Below are positions 60,613 through 64,000 of a DNA stretch of 64,000 bases, one piece after another. The DNA comes from Leptogorgia sarmentosa (taxonomy: Eukaryota), in assembly GCA_964658305.1 (NCBI GenBank), contig OZ210885.1, forward strand, positions 13,330,001-13,394,000. The letters run 5' to 3'. The notes beneath the pieces were generated by a model, which saw only the letters and a list, made by a program, of their open reading frames with translations, was not told where the DNA came from and did not search any database. How positions within the stretch are numbered: position 1 is the first letter of the stretch; the number at the start of each line of letters is the position of its first letter. The position numbers and the translations under genes are program-made.

Positions 60613-62235
60613 CAACCTCGTACCCAGGCTCTCTCCTATTGCACCCCAAGGGGAGGAGAGACCCTGGCGGGGCTGGTCACGTGAATCCCCAGATTTTGGG
60701 GGAAAATGAAAATGTTACTTAGGGAGGGGTGGTAGGGGAGTAAATTTGTTTGGCTTTATTTAATTGCAACTTGTGTTCCGGATTCGGACGATAGGATTCA
60801 TATTTGCAACATGAAATTAAAAATAAAAGAGCTCTCAAAAAATCGTATTTGTTATGCAAATACTTCCTGTGTAATATTGAGTGTTAAGTTACATTTCGCG
60901 ACGCAAGTTGGATCAGATTTCAATAGACAACAGGGCCAGAGGCGCTTGGAGAGAAAAGCCGACGTTTCATATAACATATTGTATCAGCAAGCTATGAAAG
61001 ACAAACTATGAAATACATATAGAAGCAACGGATACATTGGGATATGTAGTTGCTAGTGTGATAATAAGTGAACGGATTTACTTTATATATACTGTGCGGT
61101 ATGGTGTAGAATTAATAAATCAAAGATAACTGGAAGCAGTCCGACTATTTGTATAAAACATGACCAATTTAACACGGACCGCAAAATATATCCCTGATTT
61201 ATTCCATGAAATATATTAACGATCAAGAATTACTGTGGAGTATATATATCAAACATGGTATTACCCTAGAAGTGCGGTACAATGTTTTACAAACTCGAAT
61301 ACATTTTTATACACTTCCAATATTGTTTGAAATATTTGTTTCATAAATATTGATTTGCAGTGTAGTATACTAGACATATTAAAAGTATTCAACTTCTTTG
61401 CAGTTGTACATTGATACGGAATTCTATCTTTATCTTATTTCATGTAAGAATGAGCAAAAGAATAAGATACAGCTTGTACAATAGCATATACTGCTTATCA
61501 CATGACACATACATTTCGACTTTATTATTATACATATTCTGTGCAGCCTGTGCTGAGAATTTTAGGAGTTGTACTTAAAGTATGATTCAGTGTCTAGCTT
61601 CACTGCAACCTTGAGAAACAGCCGATCAATATGTAAACTTACATGCTGTTAGCGATTATGAATGACAATAGTACATTGTAGCATTTGACATCAGTGATTC
61701 GCATGCGGTAGAACTTGGTAGAAGTTTCTATTCAATATTAAACAGTCTAACTGTTTATTAAAAACTCTTTTCCTCGAATGACAATACATCATTATTAACA
61801 TATTTTGCGTGAAAATCTATGGCACTATGATGAACAATAAATGAACACAATTGATTTACATTGATCTTCATGGCATTGATGGCAACAATTGATTTGTAAG
61901 GCATATTGAGACGAAGCGCACGATCATATCAAATCAAATTGCTCCGTTTCTTCTTGAGTAAAATAAAATTTGTTCATGTTAGATGGTTCTCTTAAGTATG
62001 AAATTTGAATGTTAATAAGCTACTTTGGCATGTTTCTAAGGTATTCGTATCACTGAAGTTATTGTACACATAAATATACTCACTCCTCGCAATTGAAATG
62101 TAACGTTTTCAAGTGGAAAAGTGTAATTCGAGACTTTCCCCTCACCCCCTGAGGCCATCGTATCACGTGACCAGCCCCAGCCAGGGTCTCTCCTCCCCTT
62201 GGGGTGCAATAGGAGAGAGCCTGGGTACGAGGTTG
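60613..62235. mobile_element. AcademH-type non-autonomous element
   Basis: ~72-bp TIR CAACCTCGTACCCAGGCTCTCTCC..GGTCACGTGA; perfect 9-bp TSD GTTGCTGGC. Confidence 0.85.
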
Positions 62236-62800
62236 GTTGCTGGCTTATGTTTTTACTCTGCGTTTCACTTTTACACGTTTCGACGTTTACAGTTAACCGC
62301 TGGTTTGAAAATACGCAGTCGCTGGAATCCTCAAACCAGCTGTTGCAATTATTGTTTGAAATGAACAATATGTACTTTTGGTGAAGGTTGAGAGGTGCTA
62401 CTCAAACAGACGTATCTGGTTTTCCCCAGAAATCATTTTACTACAGCTACGTTGTAAAACTGCTGTTTCTGGCATCAAACACAAAAAGAATTAGTGAACA
62501 TGGTCCAATCACACGATACGATACCGTTTGTAAATTTCATAAACCCCCACTCTACCATAGCTACATTGTGGTCAAATTGTATGCATTGTACAGGGCATCC
62601 ATACCAGTGGTACTGTTGGTAAAACTTGATAACAGATCGCGAAAGTTATAACCGTGAAGCAAGGGCCATGTATGGCAGTTGGGCTTCGTTCAAAATAATG
62701 AAAATATACTTTGTTTTCAAATGTAGTCGATTATGTACACAGGTTACAGGAACGAATTCAGATAAAATGGTTGAAATGTAAGACATATTAAGAACGAGCT

Positions 62801-63225
62801 CTCTTTCTCTCCAACCCGTTTCCGAAAGTTGAAATACAAATTTTTAATTCTTTTTTTTCACTGAGTATATACCGCACGAAATAAAGACAAACACCATTGA
62901 AATCCTAATAAACTGATCTTTCAAACGGTGGGTCGCACACAACAAAAAAAAATTAAAATTGCATGATCGTCGGAAACGTAAGGCATTAGCATCTATCTGA
63001 GAAAAACAGAGTCCAATATGTTGAAATGCATCTCCTTATTTCTCCCTGAAGCAGCATATTCATGAAACCTGTTTTATGTTCGTGTTATTTGCACATATAA
63101 TAACATTTCTACAAGCTTTTTTGCAATTGTCAAAAATTTCCGCACGCGCACGGCATTTACTAAAACAGGATAAATTCGAATAAAACGAATTCGACCTAAA
63201 TTAATATGGCGTTGGAGAGAAAGAG
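62801..63225. mobile_element. Probable MITE
   Basis: 15-bp inverted repeat CTCTTTCTCTCCAAC / GTTGGAGAGAAAGAG; no clear TSD. Confidence 0.45.
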
Positions 63226-63510
63226 TACTTTTCGTAAGTTATACATTTTTCTAAAATGTATTAACGATTATGCTGTACGAAACTGACGAAATGCTTCTGA
63301 ATTTCACATATTCGCTACGAAGCACAAGTTGAATACATACAGTGAATATTTAACTCATTGTGATGACTGCGTCGCTATTTAGAGTTGACTCCCACTCAAA
63401 TATGGAACGTTACGTGAAACCCAAGAACTGAAACGATATGCATCAATCCGCTTCATAAACGTTCTTGTATTAAAATGTGAAGCCAATTTTTTAGTAAATA
63501 GCGATGTAGA

Positions 63511-64000
63511 CAGTGGCGTAACTACTAGGGGCCCAACCTGGCCGGGGGCCCTGGGAAGAGGTTTCTTCAGGGCCGTGGCTAATGTGAAATTCAAATAATT
63601 TTTATTGAAACTGAAGATGCAAAAAAGTTCGAAGTTAACAAAATGTTTGATATCATTCAGTAGCTAGCTGAAACAACTTTGTTGCCTTTTAAATTGTGCT
63701 TGGATGTTGACAGTATATTAATTGTTGTATATTACAGTCAAACTTTTACTGTTGTCATTGTTTCTGCTTTATAGGAACTTATTTTAGTGTGCTTCTTTTT
63801 ACGGAACGTTTTTGCCTTTTGGGTATAATTGAAGCAGAAGAGATGTTAAATTGCTATAATATGTTCGATAAGAAATAGCAGAATTAAAATCCGTACCCGT
63901 CAGCAAAATCTTATTTCTTATCGAAACTCGCACACTTTAATACTAACTTTTAAGCAGAGCAGAAGTCGAGAAAACGTTTATGCAAATTTTCGTTTACCTA
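63511..64000. mobile_element. 5' end of a hAT-like MITE
   Basis: CAGTGGCGTAACTA followed by GGGGCCC motifs; partner end not seen in the window. Confidence 0.45.

Noticed and set aside
60533..62368. AcademH element interrupting a WD40 coding exon
   Set aside because: With the element removed, the frame still has two TAG stops at ~60533-60541, so the site is intronic.

Overview
Eukaryotic, AT-rich animal genomic DNA, probably from a marine invertebrate such as a cnidarian (inferred from the repeat families). In order along the window: (1) 0.56-2.2 kb, an intronless, recently disabled trypsin-fold serine protease gene of the Nal1/Ssy5-like type. (2) 3.4-8.7 kb, a shuffled cluster of about 20 tRNA genes and pseudogenes on both strands, including an intron-containing Leu(CAA). 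(3) 10,622-19,196, an apparently complete AcademX DNA transposon with TAG...CTA ends, a TAA TSD, ~960-bp TIRs and an uninterrupted ~1570-aa DDE transposase/XPG nuclease/Cys-rich ORF; a decayed Penelope-like (Naiad-type) RT-thumb/GIY-YIG fragment sits against its right TIR. (4) 19-30 kb, a transposon graveyard (Crypton-like, hAT, Sola-like, EnSpm/CACTA, V-SINE, MITEs). (5) 30.3-60.5 kb, a minus-strand multi-WD40 gene with 8 phase-compatible exons. Its introns hold a CACTA element with a nested tRNA-bearing MITE, an AcademH-type MITE containing a very young full-length BEL/Pao LTR retrotransposon, and long foldback elements. A second AcademH-type element lies just upstream of the most 5' exon seen. 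All family assignments come from motif recognition by eye; no database searches were run.
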